DNA of 64,000 nucleotides from assembly GCA_964016885.1 (NCBI GenBank), contig OZ024742.1, positions 59,892,001 through 59,956,000 of the forward strand, given 5' to 3'. Position numbers and translations under genes: made by a program. The notes below the pieces were generated by a model. That model ran no database searches. It was given only the letters and a program-made list of their open reading frames with translations, and was not told the DNA's origin. Positions 51,901 through 64,000 of the stretch are shown piece by piece. Position 1 is the stretch's first letter. Each line of letters begins with the position of its first letter. Origin of the DNA: Eledone cirrhosa (taxonomy: Eukaryota).

Positions 51901-54864
51901 TAAACCGGTCCTAACCTACGCGTTTTATCTAGGTCGACCGTACAGATCACAAATTTGTGATCTGAATAGGCGACTGTTTTAAAAAGTGGGCAGCCCACAC
52001 TTTTTCTATCTATTTTCCTAATGAAGATCATCCTGTCTATATACAATCTAGATGACTCCATTCGGTTGGTCCATGTCCATACTGCCACATTGGGGAAATC
52101 TAGTCGATACCTGTCAGACAGTTGGAACAGGCTGAGTAGGTGCTTGAGGCTTTTGCACACTCCGCTCCTATCGGCTACTCCCACACAATCCCAGCGTGAG
52201 TCTAAGATGCCATTCCAGCCCCCCGCTAACAGTAAAGAGCGAGACGTACCCAGAAAGGTCTCCAGGCGCCTAAAGAAGTCCGGTCGTCCGGCCCCTGTAG
52301 GGGCGTAGACGGCCAGCATTCTAAGGGCAACACCTTCGCTACTGCTCACATCCAAGACCACCAACTTAACGTCCGGTCCCGGTAGATCGACCTTACCTTG
52401 AGATCCAGTCCTTTCCTAAGCAGTACTGCCACCCCACCCCCCATTCCCGGCCTACTAACAGATGCGAAGATCTGATATTCGTCGAAAATGGGGGCTAGTG
52501 CGCGCGTGTCGGAAATTCTGGTATCGCTGACGACAATCACATCCATTTCCAGCGACCTGAGGTCGTTGAGCAGGCGACCTTGCTTCCAGGGTGACCTCAG
52601 GCCGCGAACATTTAAACTTCCTACTCTTAATATGGTCATGTTTGTAAGCTAAGAGAGAGAGGGAAGGTTTACTTACCTCCCGGGGTCTTGTCAAGGTCGG
52701 GTGATTCGACCTCCATATTTGGTGGGGTTTCTTTTGGGAACGCCTTTAAAAGTCTCGATGTGGGTTTCACATTCGGGGTTCCCACGTCTTGAGGAAAGCT
52801 CTCTCGAATTTCTTTGAAGGAATTGAGTGAATTTCGGACCAGAAGCAAATCTTCTGGCACGCAAAATGTGCTCATTTCAAAATTCTCCCCCTCCGTTTGA
52901 ATGTCCTCGCTTCGTGCTAAGAGGGCCATCAGTTTATCGTTGGCCCTTTTGACAAGCACGAAGTTTTTAACATTTTGTCGGTATGGTTTTATTTGTTTTC
53001 GTTTTGGTGACTGTGGTGGTGATAGTTTTGGTGGTGTTGTTTCGGGTATGTCTGTGTTTGTTGTAGGTGTGGTGTCTGCAATTTCAGGTATTTGTGTGTT
53101 TATTTATACTTGTGTTTGTTTAGGTTGTTTGCGTTTCGGGGATTGTGGGGGTGGTGTCGATGTTGCTGTTGGTGCTGATGTTATTGGGGAAGTGTTTGCG
53201 TTAGTGGTATCTGTATTCTTTGTTGTGTATGTTTTTGCGTTTTGTTGGGGCTTTTTTTTGGTGAGTTTTCTCTGTTTTTTTGCACTTTTGGGTTTTCCTT
53301 CATCTTCGCTGCTGGAAGACAAAGGGTCTGTGTCTGTGTGTGCGTTTTTGTTTTGACTATGTGTATAATTGGGGGGAGGAGTGGAAGAGCTTTCCTCGTT
53401 TTTTCCTTGGATTGGTTTTGGTGTTGGTGGTGATCCGGCTGTTTTTGATGTTGGTGTCCGTGTCTTTGTTGGTGTTGTTTTTGGTGGTGCTGGTGGTGCT
53501 GCAGCTTTCCGTGCTGACACTGGCGTTGGCAACAAAGGAGGTTTGCGACCCCCTGCATTTTTGCGCTGAGGGCTTGCAGATGCGTTGCTTCCCCGCAGAC
53601 GAAGCAGCGTGGCCTTCTTCCGTCAATGATTAGTTGGATTGTTGTCCCGTCCTGCAGGCGGGCAAAATCCGGGCTGTTATTCATGTCCTCCGGTTTCATT
53701 TGGAGAATAATCTCCAAATCCATTCCGGACCAGTCCTCTCTCTCTGTCCATTTGATATCCAGGAGGGTAGTGACTGTCCCCGCCTTGATTATGCATCCCA
53801 GCAGCCACCATATGTTCATTCCTGGTGGGATGCTGGGAATGCGGACCTTTACTGTCCTTTTACCCATGTAGGACGGATGCATGATAATGCGTTCCGTTCT
53901 GCAGGGGGTCACCGAGTGCTTAATAGCGACGGCCTCGGTTTTGAACAGTACCGAGATGGTACCGAACTGTTTGCCTCTTGCTTTATACTCTATGCTACTT
54001 CCGATGTACTCCAAAGCATCCTCGACCTCTGCTTGGCTGGCAAGTTCCACTTTTCGTGTCTGCACCGAAATGCATTGAAAGTACATCATCCTCCTTTGCA
54101 TGGCCGCTATTGCCTCGTCCGGGATGGTCAGGTTTGCCCAGGACTTCTCCCGTTTAATTAGCCTCCACGCTTGGGCCAGCTGATATCAATATCAATATTC
54201 AATAAGCGCCTTGTTTTTGCTGCTGCTGCAGCAAATGTGGTGCTTCTGATGCTCTTGTTGTTGGTGTTGTCATTCTTGCTGTTGTTATTGGTGTTGTTGT
54301 TGTTGTTTTGTTTGTTGATACTGTTGCCACCGCCATCCGTGTTTACATTGAAGTTGTCGGTGTTATTGTTGTTATTGTTCTGAGTTGTTGTTGTTGTTGT
54401 GGTGGTGGTGGCGATGGTGGCGGTGGCGGCGGTGGTGGTGGTGATGTCGTTTTCAGATGATACTGCTGCTAACACAGAAGGTTGTGATGGTAGCTTTTGA
54501 GTTTTGCCTTCACATTCAGTAGAGTGGACGACAGGCATGACTGTAGCCATCGTAGTCGTGGTGAAATCTACAGTGGCTGCCTTTAAACTTTTGACCTGAA
54601 CGTTGTTTGCCGTTTCAAGGTCGAAAATTTCCATATTTATTTTTGGTGAGGAAGCGATATTTTTCGAAGTTTTTAAAAAATAAAACGGAATATTCGGGCT
54701 TAAAGCCCGAATATTGAGAGGTATCCCTCTCTTTAAATCAAGATGTGTACCTTAAGTTTTGTTAACGACAAGAAAATACAAAAATAAAATGACACTTTAA
54801 AACAGCTTAAAGTTACGAACCTTTTTCCCTTGCAGATTTGTACTGTCTTCACACATGTGCGTCC
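48951..54864 (-). mobile_element. Tx1-like LINE, full length, frameshifted
   Basis: ORF1 ~52670-54634 (DGRRPRCFVCGEATHL); ORF2 ~49230-52639 with APE, RT (PGLDGL, RPITLLN, LDQSKAF, VRQG, YADD) and CPRC..ETVLHAL..C. Bounded by (TAA)n-type tracts. Confidence 0.95.

Positions 54865-54920
<56 letters not shown>
54865..54920. repeat. (TAA)n microsatellite at LINE 5' junction
   Basis: Read directly from sequence. Confidence 0.95.
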
Positions 54921-54921
<1 letters not shown>

Positions 54922-55652
54922 ACTATTAATAATTATTAATTAATGTAATCGGGCAATGCCTGTGCGTGATGAATATTTTTAAAGTGAGGAAAGACTGTGC
55001 ACTGAGCCAATCCCACTCTCTGAGCGACAGTAGCTATAACCCGAAAAGAAGAAAAGATCTACATCATCCGTAACTACCGAGCCGCAGGTTTTATGTCGGA
55101 GTTAACCCAGTTTCCTTAGATGCCTTCTCCTAAAAGAATGCCCTGACAAGGGCTAGGGGTTCTTCACTCCCAGTGGTTTAACTGCGCGATCGGGCATCCA
55201 GCCCGATTATTTCTATGTCCCCGCGCAAAAAAAAACAAACAAAAAAAACTCACTTATTGACACTTATACGTACGACATACACACATACATACGCGCGCAC
55301 ACAGCAACACTCATACATACAAACAAACACACACACGCTACTCACTTACACACACATATATATATATATATATATATTACCGTCATTACTGATACAAGAT
55401 TACAAGATTATGTCAACTGCTGACTTTCAAGAGTTCGTATAGTTGAAGCCGTTCGTGTTACAGTTCAGTATTATTATAATTGCTTTACAGCATAGAGCTA
55501 TGGCTCTCCACGCTCTGAGCTCAAATCCCGCCGAGGTCAACCTTGCCTTTCATCCCCACGGAGTCAACAAAAGAGGGTACCAGTAAAGAGCTGGCCCAGT
55601 CGCTGGATCCGTGCCAAAAGCAGAACAATTATTATTATTAAAGTTGTTGTTT

Positions 55653-55840
55653 GGGCGGTGGATTGGCAGTTTCGGTAGAGGGTCGGACGCCATGCTTTCC
55701 AGCATACTTACATCCCTTTACGATCTGAGTTCAAATCCTGCCGAGGTTGACTTTGCCTTTCATCCTTACGGGGTCGATAAAATAAAGAACCAGTAATGCA
55801 CTGGTTAATTGCTGGCCTTGTGCCTAAAGTAGAAACAATT
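55653..55840 (+). mobile_element. tRNA-derived SINE with TSD (partial copy upstream at ~55490-55630)
   Basis: ATTAAAGTTGTTGTTT on both sides; B-box-like GAGTTCAAATCC. Confidence 0.88.
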
Positions 55841-56521
55841 ATTAAAGTTGTTGTTTTCTTAAGGCCCGGTCGCTGGTGATGGTGATGGCGGCGGTGGTGG
55901 TGGTGGTGGTGGCAGTTGATGTTGTTGAGTTGTGTGCATGTCTCGGTGTGTGTGTTTTGTTATTTTGAGTTTTTTGGTTTGTTATATTTTTTTTTTTTAT
56001 CGTTTGATGCCGCTGTTGTTGTTGTTGTTGTTGTAAATGTTCATTTCAATTCATTCTGAAGCTGTTGTTGCTGTAAACATTAGTGCCGGTGTTGTTGTAG
56101 ATGTTGAGGTTGGGGTTGAAATCCGGTCGTTTGACTGAGTGATGTATATACACACATATACATACATATATATATACACACACACACATTCAATACAAAG
56201 TAGAGAGTTTGACAACAGGTCGGTGACTTTAGTCTAGATGGGGTAATGACATGTGTAAATGTAAATGTGATGATGGGGAGAGAGTGTAGACGTTATTGTG
56301 CTGGTGGGGGTCAGTGAGATGTATCTAGGTCATTTGTCCGTTTTCTTCTCTTTGCAAAATTTGAATTTTAGCCATGTTATATTGAGATGTAAGTAAATGT
56401 AAAATGTAAAATATAAATAAGGATTGCTCTGGTAAAATATACGAAAATATTTGTGAAACTTCCACAAACTTCTGTCGTGACATTCCCGAGTCCAGTGACA
56501 AAAAAATACATACATACATAT

Positions 56522-56742
56522 ATGTAAAACATTCCAAAGATTTTGCATCTAATAACTGCATATACACATACAACTCAAAACATACACATACACACATACA
56601 ATAACATCCATATCTATGCAGGCATGCATACACGATCTACCTAGTTGATGTGTAAATTCCAATGAGAGAGTCTTGTGTCTATGTTAGAAACCGACTCTCT
56701 CTCTCTATTGGTAAACATTTGTGAAATTATAAAACCAGAAGA
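56522..56742 (+). mobile_element. R4/Dong-like 3' UTR fragment
   Basis: Duplicate of 57131-57386; (CATA)n on both sides. Confidence 0.8.
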
Positions 56743-56809
56743 ACATACATACATACATACATACATACATACATACATACATACATACATACATACATAC
56801 ATACATACA

Positions 56810-56840
<31 letters not shown>

Positions 56841-56842
<2 letters not shown>

Positions 56843-57386
56843 GGGACAGGGAGAAGAAAGCATGCACAGTAGTGGAAATTAGCTGCCCAGCAGATGCCAA
56901 TATATTATCAAATGTTAGCGAAAAGGAGATATTTATGCAGAACTGATGAGAAATCTGCAGATACTCCACCCTGATTACACCTTCAGATTGATGTCTGTGA
57001 TTATTGGGGCACTGGGGCATGTTAGTAACTGTCTCAATACAAATCTTGAGAAGCTAGGCTTCACAGGAACAGAAAGAACACAACTAGTTAGGAAATTACA
57101 AGTACAATCCATTAGTGGAACAGTAAAAATATGTAAAATATTCCAAAAAGTGTGCATCTAATAACTGCATATACACACGTACAGATGCAAAGCATATACA
57201 CATGCACACATACAATTCAAAACATACATATCCACACATACAATAACATCCATATCTACACATGCATGCATACATAATCTACCTAGTTGATGTTGTGTAA
57301 ATTCCAATGAGAGAGTCTTGTGTCTATGTTAGAAACCGACTCTCTCTCTATTGGTAAAACTTTGTTAAATTATAAAACCAGAAGAA
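56841..57386 (+). mobile_element. R4/Dong-like LINE 3' end with restriction-like endonuclease
   Basis: WDREKKACTVVEISCPADAN...EK..Y.ELMRNLQ...IIGALG; begins and ends in (CATA)n. Confidence 0.85.
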
Positions 57387-59107
57387 CATACATACATATC
57401 TTTGGCAAGCAAGGGAGGTTAGACGTTCCTCTGCCTTGTGCTCATGCTAAAGTTAGTTGGCTAATGAAATGTTAGCAGAAATCAATTTCTACTTTGTTCA
57501 ATGACTCATTGTTTACTCAACTGAAAGCGTCTAGGTTCTAAGTTGTAGTGGTAGTTTCAAAATTGATAAAAATATCGTGAAATTCGTTGAAATCTTACAG
57601 AATATGTAGAAAACTAATTGTTAATAAGACATCAGCTCGATAACACCTATTTCTAAATAATTTCCCGATGTCTTTCAATGGGCCTCATGCATAAAGAAAA
57701 GTAAAACAAATATTATTGTTTTATCACATTCAAATAGTTTCTTTTTTATTTGTTTTTCAGCAATTTAATTACAGAAAATTTCAACGCATGCTTGAATTTA
57801 ACAGAATGTATGAATATTATTTTAAATCAAACGGAAATAAATGTGTTTAGTAAAGAGAATGAGTCAAAATTTATTCTTACTTTCTGAAGCACACTTAACC
57901 AGTTATTCCTTCGTCTATACAACACACTTGTGTTCTATAGTAATATTTAATGAATGTTTATTCAATTACGTTTAAACAAACACAAACAAACAGCATCAGG
58001 GAAGAAGAAATTCTCCAGTAAATAATCATTAAGTAAATTCATTAATCACACGACGTTTGAATAAAAAAAACAAAAAAACAATTTCAGATTTTTATAATTT
58101 TTATCAGATATTTTTTCGGTTCTGTTATTTCCTGTAGGTTCTGATTGTAACAAAAAGTCAATATTATCGGAATTTTATCAATGTACAAGAATAAATTAAA
58201 TGCACAAATAATTTTGTTATTTTGTCTGAAGATTCGTTTCTGATATATTTGTTTATTTATTTTGTTTCTTTTATTAATTATTGGAATGTATTGCACGGTG
58301 CAATATGATAGTTTAACAGGAATAAATATATAATGCGAGAAGTGTGATTTTGAGACGTTGGTAAATTATAAAAGCATCGACTGACATAGCACTGGATTGG
58401 CAAACACCGTCTCACTGAAATATTGATATGTGAGACGTATAATGTGCAAGCTTACAATTTTTGCCTGTGTGATTTTTTCTGCATTTCACACAAGGTGATC
58501 TATTTGAAGAAAAGGGGGAAATCGATTAAATCGATCTTAGTGCGTTATTAGTGCTTTAGCTTATCGGCCCTAAACAATGAAAAGCAAAGGTGACCTCAAG
58601 AGGATTTGGACTCAGAACGTAAAGTGCCAGTAAAATACTACTAAATATTTGTCCGACGCTCTCACGGGTCTGTCAATGTCTTATATTCCGAATAATACGC
58701 TACATGTAAATGGCGATTGACACACAATAGTCTACTTACTATCGATCGTATTGGAGAAAAATATTTAAACATTTTCTCTAATTGCTTCCTAAACGATTGA
58801 AAGTTTTGATAATCTTCTGAGAAATATTTCCATTATTGCATAAATTATATGGTAGGAAATAGGAGATACATTTTTATGCTTTTTTTCCCTATTGATCTCC
58901 AAAACGATGATCACTGTTAGAAATTAAATAATTCATTTTTTCATGTTTTCAACAAATTTAGGTTCATATCAGACATGCTCATATTTTAACAATATGTATT
59001 CTTTTATCAAGACAATATATGCTGGAGTCTGTGATTCATTTGGATTTGTAATACAACTAAAAAATGACCACCAATGTTGTTTCACGTACTTGTGGAAATG
59101 TTTATGA

Positions 59108-60390
59108 TAATAATTGTTTCTAAATTTGGCACAAGAGCAGCAATTGGAAGGAAGGGAGAAAAGCACCTAAATCGAGCGTATTTTGATTTATCGACACCGG
59201 CAGGATGAAAGGCAAATATAACCCAACGGAATTTGAATTCAGAATGTAGATAGCTGTAACTAAATGCTGCAAGGTATGTTGGCTGATGCTCTAACAATTC
59301 CACTAATCCACCGCCCATACAATAATGATTTCTGATTTAGGCACAAAGAAACAATTCGGAAGGGAGGGTGAAGTCTATTAAATCAACCCCAGTGGGTTAC
59401 TGGTACTTTAATTTATCGAACTTGTAAGGGTGAAAGGCAAAGCTAAACTTGGTGAGATTTGAACTCAGAAAATAAAGGGACGTAACTATATGCCACAAAG
59501 CAGGTTGTCAGTCGCTCTATCGATATGGCAACCCGCCATCCTTATAGAAGAAATCTATCAACAATATCCCAGACGTCATTTGCTTACCGAGTAGGGTGGC
59601 GCTCGTCAAATCGGAGGAAGGAAACAATAATTCCATTGGTCGTTCCATTGCTGGGACAATCTATCTCTCGGAACTCCTGACAGAAAGTGCAATTAGAATA
59701 ACTTAGTCTTGCCCTAGGACATAATGCATCGCCCGATCCGGGAATCAATCTCGCAAACTCACGAATACGAATGCAATTCTTAAATCACTAACCCTCACGC
59801 CGTCAATATCCTTATAAAAATAATTGTTTCTACTTTAGGCACAAGGCCAGCAATTACCCAGTGCATTACTGGTACTTTATTTTATCGACCCCGTAAGGAT
59901 GAAAGGCAAAGTCAACCTCGGCGGGATTTTATATCCTTATAAAAATAATGCCTTCTGATTTAAGAACAAAGCCAAGAAATTTTTTTTGCGAGGGAAGTCA
60001 ATGAAATCCACCCCAGCATGGGACTGGTACTTTATGTGATCGACCCCGGTAGGATGAAAGGCAAAGCCAATTTCGGTAGGATGTGAATTTAGAGCGTAAA
60101 GAGCCGTGACTATATGCGGCAAAGCATGTTGTCCGACGTGCTATCGATACATCTTATTCAATATTTAGAAGAATAATGGTTCCTGATTTAGGCACAAGGT
60201 CAACAATTTTTGGGGAAAGGAAAATCGATTAAATTGCCCCCAGTGCGTTAATGGTAATTTATTTGATCGACCCAGAAGGGATGAAAGGGGCAAAGCTAAG
60301 TTCAATAGGATTTGAACTCAGAAGATAAAAAGCCGTAACTATATACCGCAAACCATTTTGTCCAACACTCAATCGATACTACCAATGTTT
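59108..60390 (-). mobile_element. Cluster of five to six co-oriented tRNA-SINE copies
   Basis: Repeated GGCACAAG...ATCGAC...GATGAAAGGCAAA...TTTGAACTCAGAA. A young copy at 59820-59930 is flanked by ATATCCTTATAAAA. Confidence 0.85.
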
Positions 60391-60748
60391 ATAATAATAT
60401 CTAATATAATTAGATTGAGCTAACATAATTTTCTTTTTCTCGCTGCATAAGCATTTCTAATTCGTATTTTTTTAATGCATGGGGTTTCAAAGTAATTAGT
60501 ATCGCATCAACGGTATGTATATATATATATAAATATATATATACATTTCCAGTTTCTGCACAAGACGGAGCTAAGCGTTGGACGTATCTGCAAATTGTTT
60601 TGGAGCGACGTAAAAGGATTTCTGCATTACAAACTTAGATTGATTCTTTTGGTCAAATTGCAACACACTCTGCGAGACTGCATTAAGCTGGTGCTTATAT
60701 GAGCATATTAACCAAGCACGTTGGCCCCCGCCCTAACCCCCCCCCCCC

Positions 60749-60859
<111 letters not shown>

Positions 60860-61115
60860 CTTCACGAACAAGCTGTTCTGTAGTTGAATCAAGTGGAACC
60901 GCCCGAGGTACAATGGATCAAGGTATGTTTATAACTTCAGTACTTTTGATTGGGTTGTCGTGAATGTAGGGAGATGATATAGCAGTGTGGTCAAGACAAT
61001 CGTTTCTCAAACAAAAGTCTCCAAGTTCTAACACACTTCATTATACTTTGGGTGGTTATTGTTTTTGGAGTAACTTCAGACTGCACATCAACTTATATCG
61101 ATTTACCATATATAT

Positions 61116-61170
<55 letters not shown>

Positions 61171-61200
61171 AATAAATACATTATCGGAGAAAGCTTTTAG

Positions 61201-61238
<38 letters not shown>

Positions 61239-61267
61239 ACGCGGTACATGTGCAGGGGCTTAAGAAG

Positions 61268-61689
61268 TCATGCAATTGCAGAGACCCATCACTATGCCCC
61301 CTTAGTAATGAATGCATGACGAAAACGTAGTCTACAGGTGCAAGGTCACAACCCCTAACTCGGAGCATCACTACATAGGATCCACGGCGACGAGCTTCAA
61401 AGATAGGCGGTATAACCATCGCCATTCATTTAACAGAATAGAAAAGAGGAAATGTACGGCCCTTTCTGAATTGATCTGGAAGCTCAAACTTGAAAAGACC
61501 CCGCACTCTCTGGTCTGGTTCGTGGTTAGAAAGGTTCTCCCAGACAGAGGTGGGTCTGGTATTTGCAACCTCTGTCTTAGTGAGACACTCGAGATACTTC
61601 ATGGCGGAACCAAGCTATTAAACAGAAGGGCCGACTTATTCGGCGCCTGCAGACACCTAAGGGCGAGAACTTTTCTCAAGCTATATTGA
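61268..61689 (+). pseudogene. GIY-YIG endonuclease domain (one frameshift near 61318)
   Basis: ORF 61312-61689 plus an upstream Cys motif in another frame. Confidence 0.88.
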
Positions 61690-62456
61690 TAAACCTAGGT
61701 TATGGCCTCCTACAACGCCCTCCGCTTCTGTAGGGACCCTATACCCCGTACCAATGACGAATGGGCAACAAGACCCACCCATAGTTTGTGGTCCCTACGG
61801 TGGATTGTCCACCGGATCCTCTACTGGTTAGGAGTCAGCAAAACCACGTTTATTGAACCTGAGGACCCCCCCCCCGGGAGTAGCCCACACGAGAACAACA
61901 ATTATCCTGAGGTACTAACCCAATACGCAAGAATGCGTGCGCGCAACCGTGCGTTGTGTGTGTATACTGGGATTACGTGAATGTACACACTTATGTGAAC
62001 GCAACGAAATAATAATACCCCAGGTTGCATTTGAAAAATGTTCAAGTGGATGCTTAAGACTATGTTTGTATATGTTCTCTTGTATGCGTGCACATGTGTA
62101 TATAGATATACACACGCATCCAGAGGTATACAAGTGTGGGTGGATGCATGTACCTATATATGGCTGTACTAAGGGATTCGCCTAAGCTCCAAAGCCCCTA
62201 AGCTATTGCTGTGAAGATATATATCACACTCTACTTTTGTCTAGTCTAAACAATAACTTTTCCAAACACCCACTTTACTTTTCTTTAAAAATAACACCCA
62301 CCTCGTTTTATGTCTGCCATATACTTGGATTTGGGGGCTTCTGTTGTATATATATATATATATGCGCTTGTGCGTACATACATATATATACACACCTGTA
62401 TGGATTTGTGTGTGTAGATGTGTGTGTGTGGGGGGGGGTAGCTGTGAGTGTATGTA

Positions 62457-62697
62457 CAAGTCAACCAACATAAGTCTTTTTATTTGTAAACTTTCTAAGT
62501 ATTTGACTCTAACCATAATTTTCTCTATTACCACCCCACATAAATTCCTCAATTTGTATGTGTGGCTGTGTGTGTCTGTGCGGGTGGGTGTGAGTGTATG
62601 TGCAAGTCAACCAACATAAGTCCTTTTATATGTACACTTTCTAGTATTTGACTCTAACCATATTTTCAGTAGTACCAGCCCACATAAATTCCTCAAT
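62457..62697. repeat. Tandem duplication, ~146-bp period
   Basis: CAAGTCAACCAACATAAGTC...CACATAAATTCCTCAAT occurs twice. Confidence 0.85.
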
Positions 62698-63006
62698 ATA
62701 AGAATGACCTGTAGTATCGAATTTCATACTATAAACCTCAATTGAATATATATCTGACCAGGAATGCTTTTTGTGAAAATCAGTCATAAGGAACTATTGT
62801 CAGCTTGCCTGACGGTTGGAACTTTACAACAACACCTACCTTCTTGAGGTCAAATACCAACCCAACTAGCATTTACAAACTAACCAATGAGAATTAAGGT
62901 TATTCCTGCTGACAACATTAAATTATCCCTCACAAGCTCATATGTACCAAGGCTCTGAAACCATCAACACCAAAAACACAGAGCTGGCATATCTAAGAAC
63001 AGACTA

Positions 63007-63062
63007 ACGGCCTGATGAGGTCATAGCCATTCAATGGGTATCATCGAAATATATATAGCAGT
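63007..63062 (+). ncRNA. Type I hammerhead ribozyme in PLE pLTR
   Basis: ACGGC-CTGATGA-GGTCATAGCCATT C AATGGGTATCATC-GAAA TATATA TA-GCAGT, followed by AATAAA. Confidence 0.8.
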
Positions 63063-63107
63063 AAATAAAGGAATATGAGTTCATGCAATTGTCTTATGTT
63101 TCGTCAC

Positions 63108-63180
<73 letters not shown>

Positions 63181-63182
<2 letters not shown>

Positions 63183-63372
63183 CGAAGGAAATGTGGTAAG
63201 GAACCAGGTGGACCGTAACGCACCAAAGTACTCAATACTTAAGGTAGTAGAGTGGGTAATAGGAGCGATTAGGACGCCGACGGCTGAGCTCAAGCCGTTT
63301 CGACGGCTAATTCTGGTCCAGAATTAGCCGTCGAAACGGCTTGAGCTCAGCCGTCGGGGTCCTACCCGTTCC
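63181..63372 (-). mobile_element. Fold-back PLE pLTR remnant, same family as 4101-4308
   Basis: Near-perfect palindrome 63270-63364 with a 1-nt centre; (TA)n on both sides. Confidence 0.75.

Positions 63373-64000
<628 letters not shown>

Larger units (their letters stand above)
61238..63110 (+). mobile_element. Penelope-like element 3' part (Naiad-type GIY-YIG + pLTR with hammerhead)
   Basis: CNC....CPL..EC, VVY..YIGST..FKDRRYNH..SF, ALSELIW, CNLCL.E, LLNRR.DL..CRH; 5'-truncated within (TA)n; hammerhead near the 3' end. Confidence 0.85.

Noticed and set aside
59108-60390. CRISPR-like regular repeats
   Set aside because: These are diverged SINE copies of ~200 bp in eukaryotic DNA, with no cas genes.
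60985-61085. Minus-strand GAAACGATTGTC with upstream CTGAAGT
   Set aside because: A9 is missing and there is no convincing helix I.

Overview
AT-rich, microsatellite-dense eukaryotic DNA, probably intergenic or intronic; no host exon could be supported. The SINE and LINE repertoire suggests an octopus or other cephalopod (inference). The window is a mosaic of retroelements: a compact, complete Gypsy LTR element with a 5-bp TSD (5.1-9.3 kb), three Tx1-like LINEs (two head-to-tail), RTE LINEs ending in three C2H2 fingers, R4/Dong-like 3' ends in (CATA)n, a CRE fragment, Penelope-like (PLE) fragments of two clades and many tRNA-SINEs. The main signal is non-coding. About a dozen short, mostly fold-back elements from several unrelated families sit in or beside (TA)n tracts and carry minimal type I hammerhead ribozymes with palindromic helix III, often one on each strand. 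One is a ~1 kb near-perfect palindrome built from a ~522-nt tandem unit, resembling a retrozyme. All folds were done by eye and coordinates of degraded elements are approximate.
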